Virus record (IMG/VR): IMGVR_UViG_3300035698_017111
Span: 1-64,000 of that record
Direction: 5' to 3' (one strand)
Source of the DNA: a virus
DNA: 64,000 bases
Shown here one piece after another: positions 19,053 to 29,585 of the stretch. Position 1 is the first letter of the stretch. The number at the start of each line of letters is the position of its first letter. The notes beneath the pieces were generated by a model, which was not told the DNA's origin, did not search any database, and saw nothing but the letters and a program-made list of their open reading frames with translations. A program made the translations under genes and the position numbers.

Positions 19053-19215
19053 CGTTTTCGCTCTTTGGAATAGGAAAGCAACTATAGATTGCTTCTCTAA
19101 CTAGATCTTGCCAAGAAATATCTTTATCCTGTTCTACTGCACGATATCTAGCCATTCGTTTGACATTTTGAACGATATCTTCATCTACCTTAAGTTGAAT
19201 GGGCACTGTAGCCAT
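19027..19215 (-). CDS. Small ribbon-helix-helix-like DNA-binding protein inside the IS
   Basis: VPIQLKV strand followed by two helices (..SWQDLVREAI); AAGGAGA RBS; overlaps the tnpA start. Confidence 0.55.
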   Translation of the reverse strand: MATVPIQLKVDEDIVQNVKRMARYRAVEQDKDISWQDLVREAIYSCFPIPKSENDVHQKNIS

Positions 19216-19249
19216 TTTATTTCTCCTTTACTTATACTATACTACTACT

Positions 19250-19275
19250 ATACGACAATACTTTCTACAATTCCT
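19250..19275 (-). promoter_or_regulatory. Putative SigH-like promoter inside the IS left end
   Basis: AGGAATT-N14-CGTAT upstream of the RHH-like gene. Confidence 0.5.
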
Positions 19276-19370
19276 TTGTTTTGGTAGATGTTTTTGTAGT
19301 ATTTTTACTCCTTGTGCGGGGGTCGATTCATCCCACACCCACAAGGGGTGGGGTTTTCTCGACCCGTTCT

Positions 19371-19715
19371 ATAAAAGTCAGCAATAATCTTTCCAGACTC
19401 TTCACCAACATCGCCTTCACTTAAGACTTTTTTCACCTCTGGCAAATCTTTATTTATCTCATCAAAAGACAAACCATGAGAATAACACCATTCAATAGCC
19501 TCTGTTAAAAAGTTTCTATTGTCTTTATTCCCACGACATGTCCATAAGATTATCTTGTGTCCTTCTTTTTTTCGATCCTTAACCCAATTGATATTCTCTT
19601 GTATTGGATCACCAATCTCTGGGAATGTAGAATAACAAAGAAACCCATCGAAGTCAACGGCAAAAATCAAAATGTCTTTCGTACCTTCAATTCCACAAAT
19701 ATCTAAAAGACCCAT
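19371..19715 (-). pseudogene. HAD-family phosphatase-like gene interrupted by the IS
   Basis: FAVDFDG, IILWTCR, KIIADFY, then the frame enters IS sequence exactly where the motif IV xDD is expected. Confidence 0.7.
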
Positions 19716-19767
19716 TTCCCATCCTCTTTTCAACAATTGTTTTAAATAATTGTTTTTTCAGAATATA

Positions 19768-19905
19768 TACTAGAGTCTAGTAATTACTAGACGCTAGTTA
19801 AACTAGGATATCAAAAACACTTAAACTCCGTTTAAGTCTTTTTAATATTTGTGCATACTCACTTCGTTCGTATACACAAGCTACCTACCCCCCTAGTCCC
19901 CCCAA
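19768..19905. repeat. Cluster of palindromes, CTAG repeats, hairpins and twin C6 tracts in the divergent intergenic region
   Basis: Perfect 18-bp palindrome GTCTAGTAATTACTAGAC (19775-19792); five CTAG in 19770-19806; ACTTAAAC-tcc-GTTTAAGT hairpin; C6-TAGT-C6 at 19888-19903. Confidence 0.8.
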
Positions 19906-19948
19906 AATTGGCCATAAACAAAATGACTTCTCAGAGGAACTCTTAAAA

Positions 19949-19974
19949 ATACGACAAAAAGAACATAAATCCCT
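19949..19974 (-). promoter_or_regulatory. Putative SigH-like promoter, leftward
   Basis: AGGGATT-N14-CGTAT. Confidence 0.5.
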
Positions 19975-20057
19975 ATTTATTTTTCAAAGGAACTTTAATT
20001 CAAACAAAGAAGTCGTATATGAAATCCAATACGACAGAACTCGATACGGAGAACTGA

Positions 20058-20381
20058 ATGTCAAAAAACAAACAAGATAAAAATAACATAGATAAAGTTT
20101 ATCCAGTGTGGATGCTTAGCAAAAAATGTGCGGGATGTGGTTCTGATGTCGCATCAATTAATTATTTCGAAATTGGCTTCCATACATCTGGAGACAAAAA
20201 AGGAATTCTATTCGTTCGGTATTTATGCCCAAACTGTAATGAAAGAGGTGTTTTAGAGTATGGCGACGAATATTATAGTCTAGAGCGTTTATGCACTCTA
20301 GTGATCGAACAATCAAATTTTCTAGAGAATTCACAAAAAATTATCTGGAAAAGGGAACACGACATACATAAGGGGTTGTAA
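20058..20381 (+). CDS. Zinc-ribbon protein
   Basis: CAGC...CPNC; GGAG RBS. Confidence 0.6.
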   Translation: MSKNKQDKNNIDKVYPVWMLSKKCAGCGSDVASINYFEIGFHTSGDKKGILFVRYLCPNCNERGVLEYGDEYYSLERLCTLVIEQSNFLENSQKIIWKREHDIHKGL

Positions 20382-20382
20382 A

Positions 20383-20571
20383 ATGTCAATAATCAAAAGA
20401 GCCACAACAATACAAACACCACAAGTCGTATTAGAGAAGAAAGGCAGCTTAGTCTGTCATGTTTGCGGTAAAGAAATCAACGATATAGAAAATTTTCAAT
20501 GCGATAAAGCAAATTGCCCAATGAGAAAGACTGGAAAACATGACCAGACCGACGATCACAATAGGGAATAG
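20383..20571 (+). CDS. Small Cys-rich protein
   Basis: CHVC...CDKANCP. Confidence 0.5.
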   Translation: MSIIKRATTIQTPQVVLEKKGSLVCHVCGKEINDIENFQCDKANCPMRKTGKHDQTDDHNRE

Positions 20572-23182
20572 ATGGTGTAGTGTAGAAAACCTACCTTTAG
20601 GTGCGAATATAGCCTTATACGAAAACATATCTTTTGAAGTTGCGGGTGCTCAGTGGATCCGAATGGATCGCAAAGGCTGGGACGGCAGGAAGCACTTATT
20701 CCATAAAACGAAGAAAAACCCAAAACAAGGTGATTTTCTTACGGGATTGCTTTCTACGGTAATCGAAATACTTTACAAAGAATATGACGTTATCCCAATT
20801 ATAAAAGACACTAGAAGGAAGCCAAAAAAAACATTGGATCTTAATTGGGATGAAAAAGATTACAAGCTTAGGGATTATCAAAAAGAAGTTGTGGCCAATA
20901 GTATTGATAAAGGCAGAGGTGTGTTGGAATGTGCTACAGGTTCTGGCAAGACGATTATTGTGGCTAAGATTATTCAAGAACTTGGGGTTAAGCCGTTTAT
21001 ATTCTACGTCCTCACTAAAGATTTAATGTATCAGGCTCAAGAAAGATTAGAAGCAACAATGCCAGGATTAGAAGTTGGTATTGTTGGTGATGGTGTTTGT
21101 AAAACAAAAGACATCACAATAATGACGGTTCAAACAGCAGTTAGAGCATTTGATTCAAAGTTGAATTTTAAAAAAGATATGAAGAAGATGCAAGATGTTG
21201 ATGATGCCGATGTCTCTTCTATTTCGGAAGAAGACATGTCTCATATTGAAACGAAAAAAGAAGAAATTCAATATATTATAGAAGAGTCTAAAGGAATATA
21301 TTTTGACGAATGTCTTGTTGGTGACACACAAATCATAGACTATAATGGAATGTTGATTCCCATAGAAAATATACAAAATGGAGACCAATTAAATGGTGGT
21401 TTTGTAAGTAATAAGTTTAAAAAAAATGTTAATAGTACCTTGAAAATAACACATCAATGTGGGTTTTTAGAAACAACAAAAACACACCCAAACATATCTA
21501 TAAGAAAAACCTCATTAAAAAAAAGTAAAAAGAGATTAACCTGGGGTGTTTATGAAGATTTATCTCAAGAAGATGTTGAAGTTATTCCATCTCAAGATAT
21601 TGAAATTGGAGATTTTCTTCTTATCCCAGAAAAAATACCACATAACCCACCCAAAAAAAATAAAATGTCGCCAAATCTGCTTAGATTAATTTCTACTATA
21701 TTGTGTGACGGACATGTAGAAAAAAAAGGTTATAGGATTAAAATAAATGTCACCAAAGATCAAGAATGGTTTTCTTCTGTTTTTGAAGAAGGACTTATAG
21801 ATTTTGGACATCAAGTTGGATATGTTATTGATTTTGTAAAACAAACAGATAATAGGGGAAACCTTCTATTATATACAAAAGATAGAAATTTTTACTCATT
21901 TATTGTTAATTATATAGGAATACCAGCCGGAAAAAAATCTAACGATATACGAATTTATAATGAATTGTGGAACAATAACCTTGAAGACTTATCGCATTTT
22001 ATTGATGGTTGTGTGTCGTGTGAGGGAGATGTGTCAACAAGGAGACTAACCATTTCTTCTTGTTCATATTCCTTTATTCAAGACATACAAACTTTACTTC
22101 TTAAATTTGGTATTATTTCTACAATTAGAGAAAAAAAAAGAAAGAACATTAAACATAATACACTTTTTTTACTCTCAATAACAGGTAAATATTTATCAAA
22201 ATTTAATTCTCGTTTTAATATTTCAATGCAAAGAAAAGCAGAATCAATTCAAAGAGAATCGTGTGGTGTTTTTAACAGAACAGTCGATCTTGATGGAGTA
22301 AGATATTTTCTTAGTAAAATCAAAAAAATTGAAATCAAAAACAAAATGTCTGTTGTATATGATTTCACCACAACCACACATAAATTCATAGCGAACAACA
22401 CACTTACACATAACTGCCATCATATTCCGGCCAAAACATGTCAAGAAGTTATTTTGAGATCTCCAAATGGCTACTATACGTTTGGTGGTTCAGCAACTCC
22501 AGTAAGAGAAGATAAATCAGAGATGTTGATCGAAGCATTGTTCGGAAGAAAAAGAGCACAAATTACTGCATCTTATTTAATTGAAAGAGGTTTCCTTGTT
22601 AGTCCAGAAATATATTTTATTAAATTAAAGTCTGAAGATAAAAGAGTATCTACTTACGCTGAAGATTATAAAAAACACATTGTTGAGTGTGATGAAAGAA
22701 ACGGACATGTTATTACAATTGCAAAGTCTTTAATAACCAAAGGTTTGCCAACAATGGTCTTGGTCCAGAGAATAGAACACGGCCAATTTATTGCTGATCA
22801 AATACCTGGAGCTGTTTTCGTTTCAGGTGAATCTAAGAAAAAAGAAAGACAACAGTTTATTAAAGACTTTAGTGCTGGAAAGATCTCTGTTCTTGTTGCA
22901 ACAACAATAGCAGATGAGGGATTGGATATTCCAATTCTATCTGCGTTAATTCTTGCTGGTGGTGGTAAATCAAAAACAAGATGCAAACAAAGAGTCGGAA
23001 GGGTTATTAGAAAAAACAAAGACAAAAAATGTGCTCTCGTATTTGACTTCATGGATATTGGTAGATGGACTAAAAAACATTCTAAGAGACGCAAAAAGAT
23101 ACTAAAAGAAGAGCCAGAATTTCAAATTAAAAACTTTAGTTCATTCGAGAAAAAATTCAAATTAACGACTGACTTATTCTAA
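20540..23182 (+). CDS. SF2 DExH helicase (UvsW/XPB-like) with an intein in motif II
   Basis: LRDYQ, ATGSGKT, FDE|intein|[24 protein letters not shown]. Confidence 0.9.
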   Translation: MTRPTITIGNRWCSVENLPLGANIALYENISFEVAGAQWIRMDRKGWDGRKHLFHKTKKNPKQGDFLTGLLSTVIEILYKEYDVIPIIKDTRRKPKKTLDLNWDEKDYKLRDYQKEVVANSIDKGRGVLECATGSGKTIIVAKIIQELGVKPFIFYVLTKDLMYQAQERLEATMPGLEVGIVGDGVCKTKDITIMTVQTAVRAFDSKLNFKKDMKKMQDVDDADVSSISEEDMSHIETKKEEIQYIIEESKGIYFDECLVGDTQIIDYNGMLIPIENIQNGDQLNGGFVSNKFKKNVNSTLKITHQCGFLETTKTHPNISIRKTSLKKSKKRLTWGVYEDLSQEDVEVIPSQDIEIGDFLLIPEKIPHNPPKKNKMSPNLLRLISTILCDGHVEKKGYRIKINVTKDQEWFSSVFEEGLIDFGHQVGYVIDFVKQTDNRGNLLLYTKDRNFYSFIVNYIGIPAGKKSNDIRIYNELWNNNLEDLSHFIDGCVSCEGDVSTRRLTISSCSYSFIQDIQTLLLKFGIISTIREKKRKNIKHNTLFLLSITGKYLSKFNSRFNISMQRKAESIQRESCGVFNRTVDLDGVRYFLSKIKKIEIKNKMSVVYDFTTTTHKFIANNTLTHNCHHIPAKTCQEVILRSPNGYYTFGGSATPVREDKSEMLIEALFGRKRAQITASYLIERGFLVSPEIYFIKLKSEDKRVSTYAEDYKKHIVECDERNGHVITIAKSLITKGLPTMVLVQRIEHGQFIADQIPGAVFVSGESKKKERQQFIKDFSAGKISVLVATTIADEGLDIPILSALILAGGGKSKTRCKQRVGRVIRKNKDKKCALVFDFMDIGRWTKKHSKRRKKILKEEPEFQIKNFSSFEKKFKLTTDLF
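21311..22414 (+). mobile_element. Intein (368 aa) with LAGLIDADG domain
   Basis: [34 protein letters not shown] followed by Cys+1; removal restores DECHH. Confidence 0.9.
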
Positions 23183-24255
23183 TGGACACAGACCCATATA
23201 AAATTCTTGGTGTGAACAAAGACGCCAGTGATGATGATATTAAGAAAGCTTTTAGAAAGCTTGCTGTACAACATCATCCAGACAAGCCAACTGGCAATGA
23301 AGATAAGTTCAAAGAGGTTTCTCTTGCTTATGAAACACTGTCTGATCCGAACAAAAGAAGACAGTATGATGCGTTTCAAAATGGAGGTTATCATCAAGGT
23401 CAATTTAGAAACTCCTCCTCTGCTGGTAATTTTTCAGCAATATTTGAAACTCTTTTTGGTCAAGGCGGAGGCCCACAATTTACACAACAACGAAAACCAA
23501 ACTTAGATATATCTGCACAAATACCATTAACACTTGAAGAAATATTTTCTGGTGTAGAGAAAACGATAAAATATAAGAGACGTGCTATTTGTAATAAATG
23601 TAATGGAAGTGGTGCTAAAGACGCTAGTGATATTAAAACATGTTCAAGCTGTAATGGAACTGGTAAGACTTCACAAAGACCAACACCAGTATTTAATATT
23701 ATTACAGACTGTATGGAATGTTCTGGTACGGGCAAGATTACAGGTAATCCATGTGATTTATGTTCTGGTTCTGGATACATGCCACAGTCTGTTGAGTTGC
23801 CAATCAGAATACCTCGTGGGGTTCCACTAAACATTAGAGTTGTACAGTCGAAAATGGGACACCAAGATCCGGTTTATGGTTTTGGTGATATGTATATTTC
23901 ATTTTCAATGATTAGACATGAAATATATGAGAAACACAACGAGCATGTTTTGTGTAAAGTCCCAATTCCTATTCATCTTTGTATGATTGGTGGAGAGATT
24001 GAAGTTCCAACATTACACGGCACAAAAAAAATAACAATACCAATTGGAGCTAAGGACGGAACAAGAATAAGAGTAGCCGGATCCGGTTTACCAAGACCAA
24101 ATAATCCTGCAATTTTTGGAGATCATATTGTGGAATGTCGGGTAGAAAATATAAATAGGCTGCCAGATGGCTTGATGGAAGAACTTAGAAAGATTGAGAC
24201 TAACGAGGAATTATACCCAGAGTGTTCGAAATTCTTTACAAGAAGCCATAAGTAA
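23182..24255 (+). CDS. dnaJ: DnaJ chaperone
   Basis: J domain with HPD, four CxxCxGxG repeats, C-terminal VPTLHG. Confidence 0.93.
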   Translation: MDTDPYKILGVNKDASDDDIKKAFRKLAVQHHPDKPTGNEDKFKEVSLAYETLSDPNKRRQYDAFQNGGYHQGQFRNSSSAGNFSAIFETLFGQGGGPQFTQQRKPNLDISAQIPLTLEEIFSGVEKTIKYKRRAICNKCNGSGAKDASDIKTCSSCNGTGKTSQRPTPVFNIITDCMECSGTGKITGNPCDLCSGSGYMPQSVELPIRIPRGVPLNIRVVQSKMGHQDPVYGFGDMYISFSMIRHEIYEKHNEHVLCKVPIPIHLCMIGGEIEVPTLHGTKKITIPIGAKDGTRIRVAGSGLPRPNNPAIFGDHIVECRVENINRLPDGLMEELRKIETNEELYPECSKFFTRSHK

Positions 24256-24288
24256 TCGTATCTCTAATAATCTGAACAAAAGAGAGGT

Positions 24289-25710
24289 TTGTATATGTCG
24301 AAATCAAGATCGCCAAAAAGTAGACAGAAGAAAGGCAACAAGAAATGGTCAGTCGATGAAATGGTTGATCTCTTTCGAGCGGTGAGTGCAAATGGTAATA
24401 AATGGGTTGAGTATGCCGCCACATATGGTGTTACGCCAAATGCAGTCCACAATAAATATCGATACACAGATTGGGAGACATATTTCGAGAAAAACAATCT
24501 AGATATTGAAGACGTTCTTTGTTCAACGGCAAGCACAATGTTAGAAAGTGTTGAAGAAACAAAAGGTGTGGATTCTTCGGTCATATCAGAAGCGGAAGAG
24601 TTAATTGCAAAAAGAAAAGACAGGGTTCTTCATCTTCATGAATTGAAAAAACAAAACGAATACTTAAATAAAGTAGCCACAGAAGATGTTATTATGGACA
24701 AGATTACCAGTTCAATTGCATCTCTCACACCAATAGATCCTACAAAAATAAAATACCCAAAGGGCATGAAAGCAACTACCTCAAAACAAGAGGCTGTTTT
24801 GGTCTTATCGGATATTCACGTTGGACTCGCAGTAAAACCAGAAGAGGTCGGTGGTTTTTCAAGCTACACCATGTCTACTTTCGAGAAACGTCTTAGTGGT
24901 CTTGTTGATAAGGTTACCAAGATCACAGGGCATCATCGTAAATCTTACCCAATCAACAAACTAAATATTTTCAGCCTTGGTGATATTGTCCATGGTGGTA
25001 ATGATGCTGGACAATGGGGATTTTTACACACAGAATTAAATGTTATGGATCAGGTGTTTTTGGCTGTTAATAAAATTCTCGAATCTTTAATTAAACTCTC
25101 TAAAGTTTTTGAAACAATTGAATTCTATGGTGTTTATGGAAACCATGGTAGAGTCGCTAAGAGAGAGAAGGAAAAGAGATTTGTGAACTGGGATTATCTC
25201 GTTTACAAATTCCTCGAACAATCTTTGTCTGGTTATCCGAATATCACTATGCGTATTCCAAGATCTCCATTTCAGATTGCAGAGATCTTCGATAACAAGT
25301 TTTTACTTATTCATGGAGATCAAGTTCGTGGATGGAACGGAATCCCATTTTACGGTATGGTTCGTGCTGAGTCGAAATACAGAAGTTTGTTTGATGGCTC
25401 TAAGAAATTGGATAAAATGTGGGATGAAATTGAAAGACTTGGTATTAACCAAGACGATCCAAAAGAACTTTCGCAATTTGTCTTCAATTATGTTAGGTCG
25501 TTTGACTACCTGATAATGGGACACTTCCATCAAATGGGAGAGTTGGAATCTGCGTCTGGTGGTAGAATGATTATTAACTCATCTTTTATTGGTGGTGATG
25601 ACTATTCTATCAATAATCTATTGTCGGCCGGTACTGCCGCACAGAAGTTTTTTGGCGTTCATAAAGAAGGGAAATCGTGGTCGTATGATCTTGAATTGGA
25701 CAGAGAGTAA
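24289..25710 (+). CDS. Calcineurin-like metallophosphoesterase with N-terminal HTH-like region
   Basis: SDIH, GDIVHG, GNHG, HGD, GHFH. Confidence 0.85.
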   Translation: MYMSKSRSPKSRQKKGNKKWSVDEMVDLFRAVSANGNKWVEYAATYGVTPNAVHNKYRYTDWETYFEKNNLDIEDVLCSTASTMLESVEETKGVDSSVISEAEELIAKRKDRVLHLHELKKQNEYLNKVATEDVIMDKITSSIASLTPIDPTKIKYPKGMKATTSKQEAVLVLSDIHVGLAVKPEEVGGFSSYTMSTFEKRLSGLVDKVTKITGHHRKSYPINKLNIFSLGDIVHGGNDAGQWGFLHTELNVMDQVFLAVNKILESLIKLSKVFETIEFYGVYGNHGRVAKREKEKRFVNWDYLVYKFLEQSLSGYPNITMRIPRSPFQIAEIFDNKFLLIHGDQVRGWNGIPFYGMVRAESKYRSLFDGSKKLDKMWDEIERLGINQDDPKELSQFVFNYVRSFDYLIMGHFHQMGELESASGGRMIINSSFIGGDDYSINNLLSAGTAAQKFFGVHKEGKSWSYDLELDRE

Positions 25711-25747
25711 TAATATGTCAAATTGGACAGGGGGTAATAGTATGTCA
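25694..25747 (+). repeat. 27-bp imperfect tandem duplication of a stop-RBS-ATG junction
   Basis: AATTGGACAGAGAGTAATAATATGTCA / AATTGGACAGGGGGTAATAGTATGTCA, 24 of 27 identical. Confidence 0.8.
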
Positions 25748-26422
25748 AAGCGTAATCTTAGACAAAACTACAGATCAAAGAAAGAAACAAAAACAAACAT
25801 AAAGTCTGGTACGTTTCGAGAATTAGAATGGATCAAAATTTTTGTTGAAGATAAAAAAGAACGTATTGGACAAGAGGATCAATCTGGAGATTTTATTGAT
25901 GTTTCTTTTGAGAGAATAGGAAAGGTTAAAGAAGGCAAATTTGAAGAAGATGATGACAGAATTGCTTGTGAGCCAGATTATAGTGTTTCGGTAAATTGGA
26001 AAAATAAAGATACAGAAAAAACGATTTTTGAAGTGAAGTGTATGAAAGATAATAATAGGAAATTCACACTTAAATCACATCAAGTCAAACACTACATTGA
26101 AGAAAAGGCTAGTATTTTAATATCTTTATTTGATAGATACTACATACTGAAACCAGATGGTGTAAAGTGGATTGTAGATCACGTAGCAGAACAATCATGT
26201 CCTTGGATTGGTGATCGAGATGGGTATCCAGTTGATTTTCCAGGATACATACATTTGTTAGAGCATAAGGGTGAGGAATATGTCGAAGGCCCAATGTATT
26301 GGATGCCGATAGCAAAAGAAATAATTTCTGATAAAACAAAAAAACTAAAACGCCTTGAAAGAGAATGTAGCACTCCAGGTATTTCCAAAAGAGTTCGAGA
26401 GGCGAACAAACGGAGTAATTAA
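25742..26422 (+). CDS. Putative PD-(D/E)XK nuclease
   Basis: GTFRE..EPDY..FEVKC; start at ATG 25742 or 25715. Confidence 0.5.
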   Translation: MSKRNLRQNYRSKKETKTNIKSGTFRELEWIKIFVEDKKERIGQEDQSGDFIDVSFERIGKVKEGKFEEDDDRIACEPDYSVSVNWKNKDTEKTIFEVKCMKDNNRKFTLKSHQVKHYIEEKASILISLFDRYYILKPDGVKWIVDHVAEQSCPWIGDRDGYPVDFPGYIHLLEHKGEEYVEGPMYWMPIAKEIISDKTKKLKRLERECSTPGISKRVREANKRSN

Positions 26423-26423
26423 A

Positions 26424-26825
26424 ATGTCTAGATATGACTACGAGTGTAAAACGTGTAAAACAGAGTATGAGCTTTTTCAACTTATGGATGACGATAAGTT
26501 TACAAAACACGAATGTCCAAGCTGTAAAAGTATTCAGCCATGCATAAGATTAATCTCTGGTGGAACTGGAACTCATTTTGTTGGGTTAGACTTTCAAACA
26601 AACCATAAAGATAGAGGGTATCGTGGCAAGTATAAAGACAAACTCAGACCAGTTGGTTCACCCGTAGATGCTCCTGCCCAAAAGGGAGAAGCTGATATGC
26701 AGTTTCAAAGATGGGTAGACACTGGTGGTCTTGAGGGTATTGAGCCAACCGTAAATCTTGGTAAAGCGACACCACAAACGCCAGAACAGATGATTGATAA
26801 GGATTGGACACCAAGAGAGGAATAG
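26424..26825 (+). CDS. FmdB-family zinc-ribbon protein
   Basis: MSRYDYECKTC..FQLM..CPSC..RLISGG..F.G.DF. Confidence 0.8.
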   Translation: MSRYDYECKTCKTEYELFQLMDDDKFTKHECPSCKSIQPCIRLISGGTGTHFVGLDFQTNHKDRGYRGKYKDKLRPVGSPVDAPAQKGEADMQFQRWVDTGGLEGIEPTVNLGKATPQTPEQMIDKDWTPREE

Positions 26826-27535
26826 GTATTTGTTATATGAGAAAAATTAGTTTTACAAAAAATGGCCAGGAGTGTTGTGTTGTCATAAGAGAAAACGGAA
26901 TTTTAAAGATATGTGAAGATAGAGCAAAAAGGTTTTCTAAGAAATTAGAGTGGAAAGAAAGTAGATATAGAGAGGGTCTTTTGAACGAAGGTAGCAAACC
27001 ACATTTGGCAGAAATGATTGGTTCTGAGGGAGAAGAGTGTTTTGGTTATCTTTCCAGTCTACCAATAGATGAAGAGGTAAGTGACAAGGGCAATGCATAT
27101 GATTTTCAGATAGTATGTACCAACCCACAATCTAGATTTTACAAATGTAAAAGACAATACGTCAATATAGATGTCAAGAACTCAACAAAAGATCATAGGT
27201 TTTACCAAGAACTAATACCGGATTCTGATTTTTTCGAAGATGATGAACTTATCCACTTTATAAAGTATATAGATTCGTATAGAAATGGAAAGAGCGTAAA
27301 GAGCAAACTTATTCCAGATATATATGTCTTTTCCGAGACCATTAAAGATCAAGGAAATTTGTTGATTGTTAATTTCTATGGATATATAAAAAAGATGGAT
27401 TTGGTAAAAAACATTCACCAAAGAATAGGGAATGCCATTAGGGGAAATCACAAAAACATATATATAAAAAGATCAGAACTGCAACCAATGCAACGTCTTG
27501 TGGATAACATTAACGAAATGACTGGAAAAGTATAA
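26804..27535 (+). CDS. Putative PD-(D/E)XK nuclease
   Basis: GSEGE..AYDF..NIDVK..PDIYVF; likely start 26837. Confidence 0.5.
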   Translation: MDTKRGIGICYMRKISFTKNGQECCVVIRENGILKICEDRAKRFSKKLEWKESRYREGLLNEGSKPHLAEMIGSEGEECFGYLSSLPIDEEVSDKGNAYDFQIVCTNPQSRFYKCKRQYVNIDVKNSTKDHRFYQELIPDSDFFEDDELIHFIKYIDSYRNGKSVKSKLIPDIYVFSETIKDQGNLLIVNFYGYIKKMDLVKNIHQRIGNAIRGNHKNIYIKRSELQPMQRLVDNINEMTGKV

Positions 27536-28443
27536 TGTTTTTTAGATATCCTGGTGGAAAAAGAAAAGTCAAACAAGAAATTCTCCATGCTATTATGGAG
27601 AACTATCGAAATACGCAAAACAAAAAACACGAATATAGAGAACCGTTTTTTGGCGGTGGATCTATAGGTGTTAATTTATTGTCAAAACAAAATATAGATT
27701 CTTTTTGGTTTAACGATTATGATGTGTCTCTATCTTGTCTTTGGACATCTGTAATGCAATATCCCAAAGATCTTTGCGATAGGGTTAGGGCATTCGTGCC
27801 ATCAACGGATGAGTTTTATAAAATCAAGAAAAACCTTCTTAATCTTAGTAGAAAAGAAGCTTTGGATAAGATGTCAAAAGATCCAGTTGATCTTGGCTTT
27901 CAGAAACTAGCCATTCATCAAATATCATATTCTGGCCTTGGCACTAAATCTGGTGGACCTCTTGGTGGCGAAAAACAAAAATCAAAATATAATATTTCAT
28001 GTAGATGGAATCCAAAAAACATCACAAAAAAAATAATAGAATGTTCAGATCTCTTTGGTTTAAATACCATTAGAAACAATGGCTGTACTTCTGTAGATTT
28101 TTTAGATATGTTTGATGACGAAAGTCCTTGTTTTTTCTACTTGGATCCGCCATACTACGACAAGGGTACGGAGCTCTATCAGTTCTCTTTCACGACAAAT
28201 GATCATGAAAGGTTGAGAAATGCCCTTAAAGAGTGCCCAAACCCATGGTTATTGTCTTATGATGACTGTGATGAAATAAGAAAATTGTATGATTGGGCTG
28301 TTTGCCAAGAGATTGATATGACTTACACGATCAACACTTCCAGATCAAAGAAAGAACTCCTCATTGTCCCGAAAGAACACTCTTATCTCCTACAAACACA
28401 AACAAATATTAATACACCGCCAGAACTAAACAAACTGTTCTAA
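27535..28443 (+). CDS. Dam-like (alpha class, D12) adenine methyltransferase
   Basis: FRYPGGK, EPFFGGGS, YLDPPY, LSYD. Confidence 0.92.
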   Translation: MFFRYPGGKRKVKQEILHAIMENYRNTQNKKHEYREPFFGGGSIGVNLLSKQNIDSFWFNDYDVSLSCLWTSVMQYPKDLCDRVRAFVPSTDEFYKIKKNLLNLSRKEALDKMSKDPVDLGFQKLAIHQISYSGLGTKSGGPLGGEKQKSKYNISCRWNPKNITKKIIECSDLFGLNTIRNNGCTSVDFLDMFDDESPCFFYLDPPYYDKGTELYQFSFTTNDHERLRNALKECPNPWLLSYDDCDEIRKLYDWAVCQEIDMTYTINTSRSKKELLIVPKEHSYLLQTQTNINTPPELNKLF

Positions 28444-28476
28444 GTTCCATTGGTCTTCTCGTATAATGGATAAGAA

Positions 28477-29316
28477 TTGAGGATATTGACTATGAAACTC
28501 GTACATCCGCTTTACGGTATAGAGATCGACACAGAATCTGAAGAAATTAAAAAGAACATTAAGAAACTCAATGTTATTTATAACAAAATACAGAACACTG
28601 AGTGTATTCATTGTCCTGGCAAAGAAGAGGTAGAGGCAGATTGTTGTAAACACTACTCTCCCCCTATTCTTCTTATTGAGTTGATTAAAATGCTAAAAAT
28701 AATCGAAGAATGGCCTGTTAATAAAATTAATGATTTACTTTACGATTGTTTCGTTTCGTACCTAGAGCCTTCATATGTAAAGGGATGCACTCTTTTGCGA
28801 GATGACCTTTGTAGTATTTACGATGCCAGACCATTTCCTTGCCGACTTTATGGTCTATATCCAGACGAGGAGTGGGACGAACGTCTTAAGAACACTAGTG
28901 TAGAGTTAGGTATCGAAGCCAAAGATATGGAGATGGCTGAACAATGTCGTAATTTAAAAATTAAAGGAAAAAACAAATGTATTATCGTGTCGAGAGTTGT
29001 TTCTGATGATCTTTTTAGGAAGATTCACCATCTCGATATAAATCTTTTCCCAGAAAAAGAAATAGGAAGAGAAATTGTTCTATCCTCAAGAACATATATG
29101 CCATTCGATACTCACTTTTTGTTGATAAAAATGGGGCCAGATGCACTAGAGTCCCTCACCGATATGAAGATTCGTCGCAGAGGCTTCTTCAATCAATATA
29201 ATCGTGGTGAAATAACAAAGGACGTATTCGATAGAGAAGACGCCAAGGTTAGGGAATTTCTTTTACACATTAGGTCTCAAGTAAATAGTATGGGGACTGG
29301 AACACTTATAACGTAA
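28477..29316 (+). CDS. YkgJ-family cysteine-cluster protein
   Basis: CIHC..DCC..GCTLL..CSIYDARPFPCRLY; likely start 28492. Confidence 0.8.
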   Translation: MRILTMKLVHPLYGIEIDTESEEIKKNIKKLNVIYNKIQNTECIHCPGKEEVEADCCKHYSPPILLIELIKMLKIIEEWPVNKINDLLYDCFVSYLEPSYVKGCTLLRDDLCSIYDARPFPCRLYGLYPDEEWDERLKNTSVELGIEAKDMEMAEQCRNLKIKGKNKCIIVSRVVSDDLFRKIHHLDINLFPEKEIGREIVLSSRTYMPFDTHFLLIKMGPDALESLTDMKIRRRGFFNQYNRGEITKDVFDREDAKVREFLLHIRSQVNSMGTGTLIT

Positions 29317-29573
29317 TGAAATGTGAAATAATACTTGCTACAGTTGCAGATGATGCTAGTGGTATTCATTTGCGGGTTAGGACAGAAGAAGACAAGTTCT
29401 TTGTCTGCTTCACACCAACAGAAGTCTGGGGAAGAATCCCGACAGGGAAGAACCGTAAAGACGAACTTGAAAAGGTGGCTAGTTTATTGAATGGATATGA
29501 AAGGGACAGCCAAGGAAATGTTGTTCAGGTTCCTGGTTTTATTCCAAGAACAATTACCTTAACTAATGAATAA
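29316..29573 (+). CDS. Hypothetical protein
   Basis: 85-aa ORF coupled by TAATG overlap. Confidence 0.55.
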   Translation: MKCEIILATVADDASGIHLRVRTEEDKFFVCFTPTEVWGRIPTGKNRKDELEKVASLLNGYERDSQGNVVQVPGFIPRTITLTNE

Positions 29574-29585
29574 TGGAGAGATTAA

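Larger units (their letters stand above)
17461..19370 (-). mobile_element. IS200/IS605-family element (RHH-like gene, tnpA, tnpB)
   Basis: Related subterminal hairpins (CCCACAAG.GGTGGGG) at ~17469-17489 and ~19332-19353; right end terminates GTAGTTCAA; left end follows TTTAT on the minus strand. Confidence 0.85.

Noticed and set aside
19305-19370. C-terminal RTGRENPTPCGCG tail of the HAD ORF
   Set aside because: It is read-through into the IS left-end hairpin.
19737-20057. tRNA or other known RNA gene in intergenic gaps
   Set aside because: No cloverleaf or T-loop with matching stems seen by eye; a covariance-model scan was not run.
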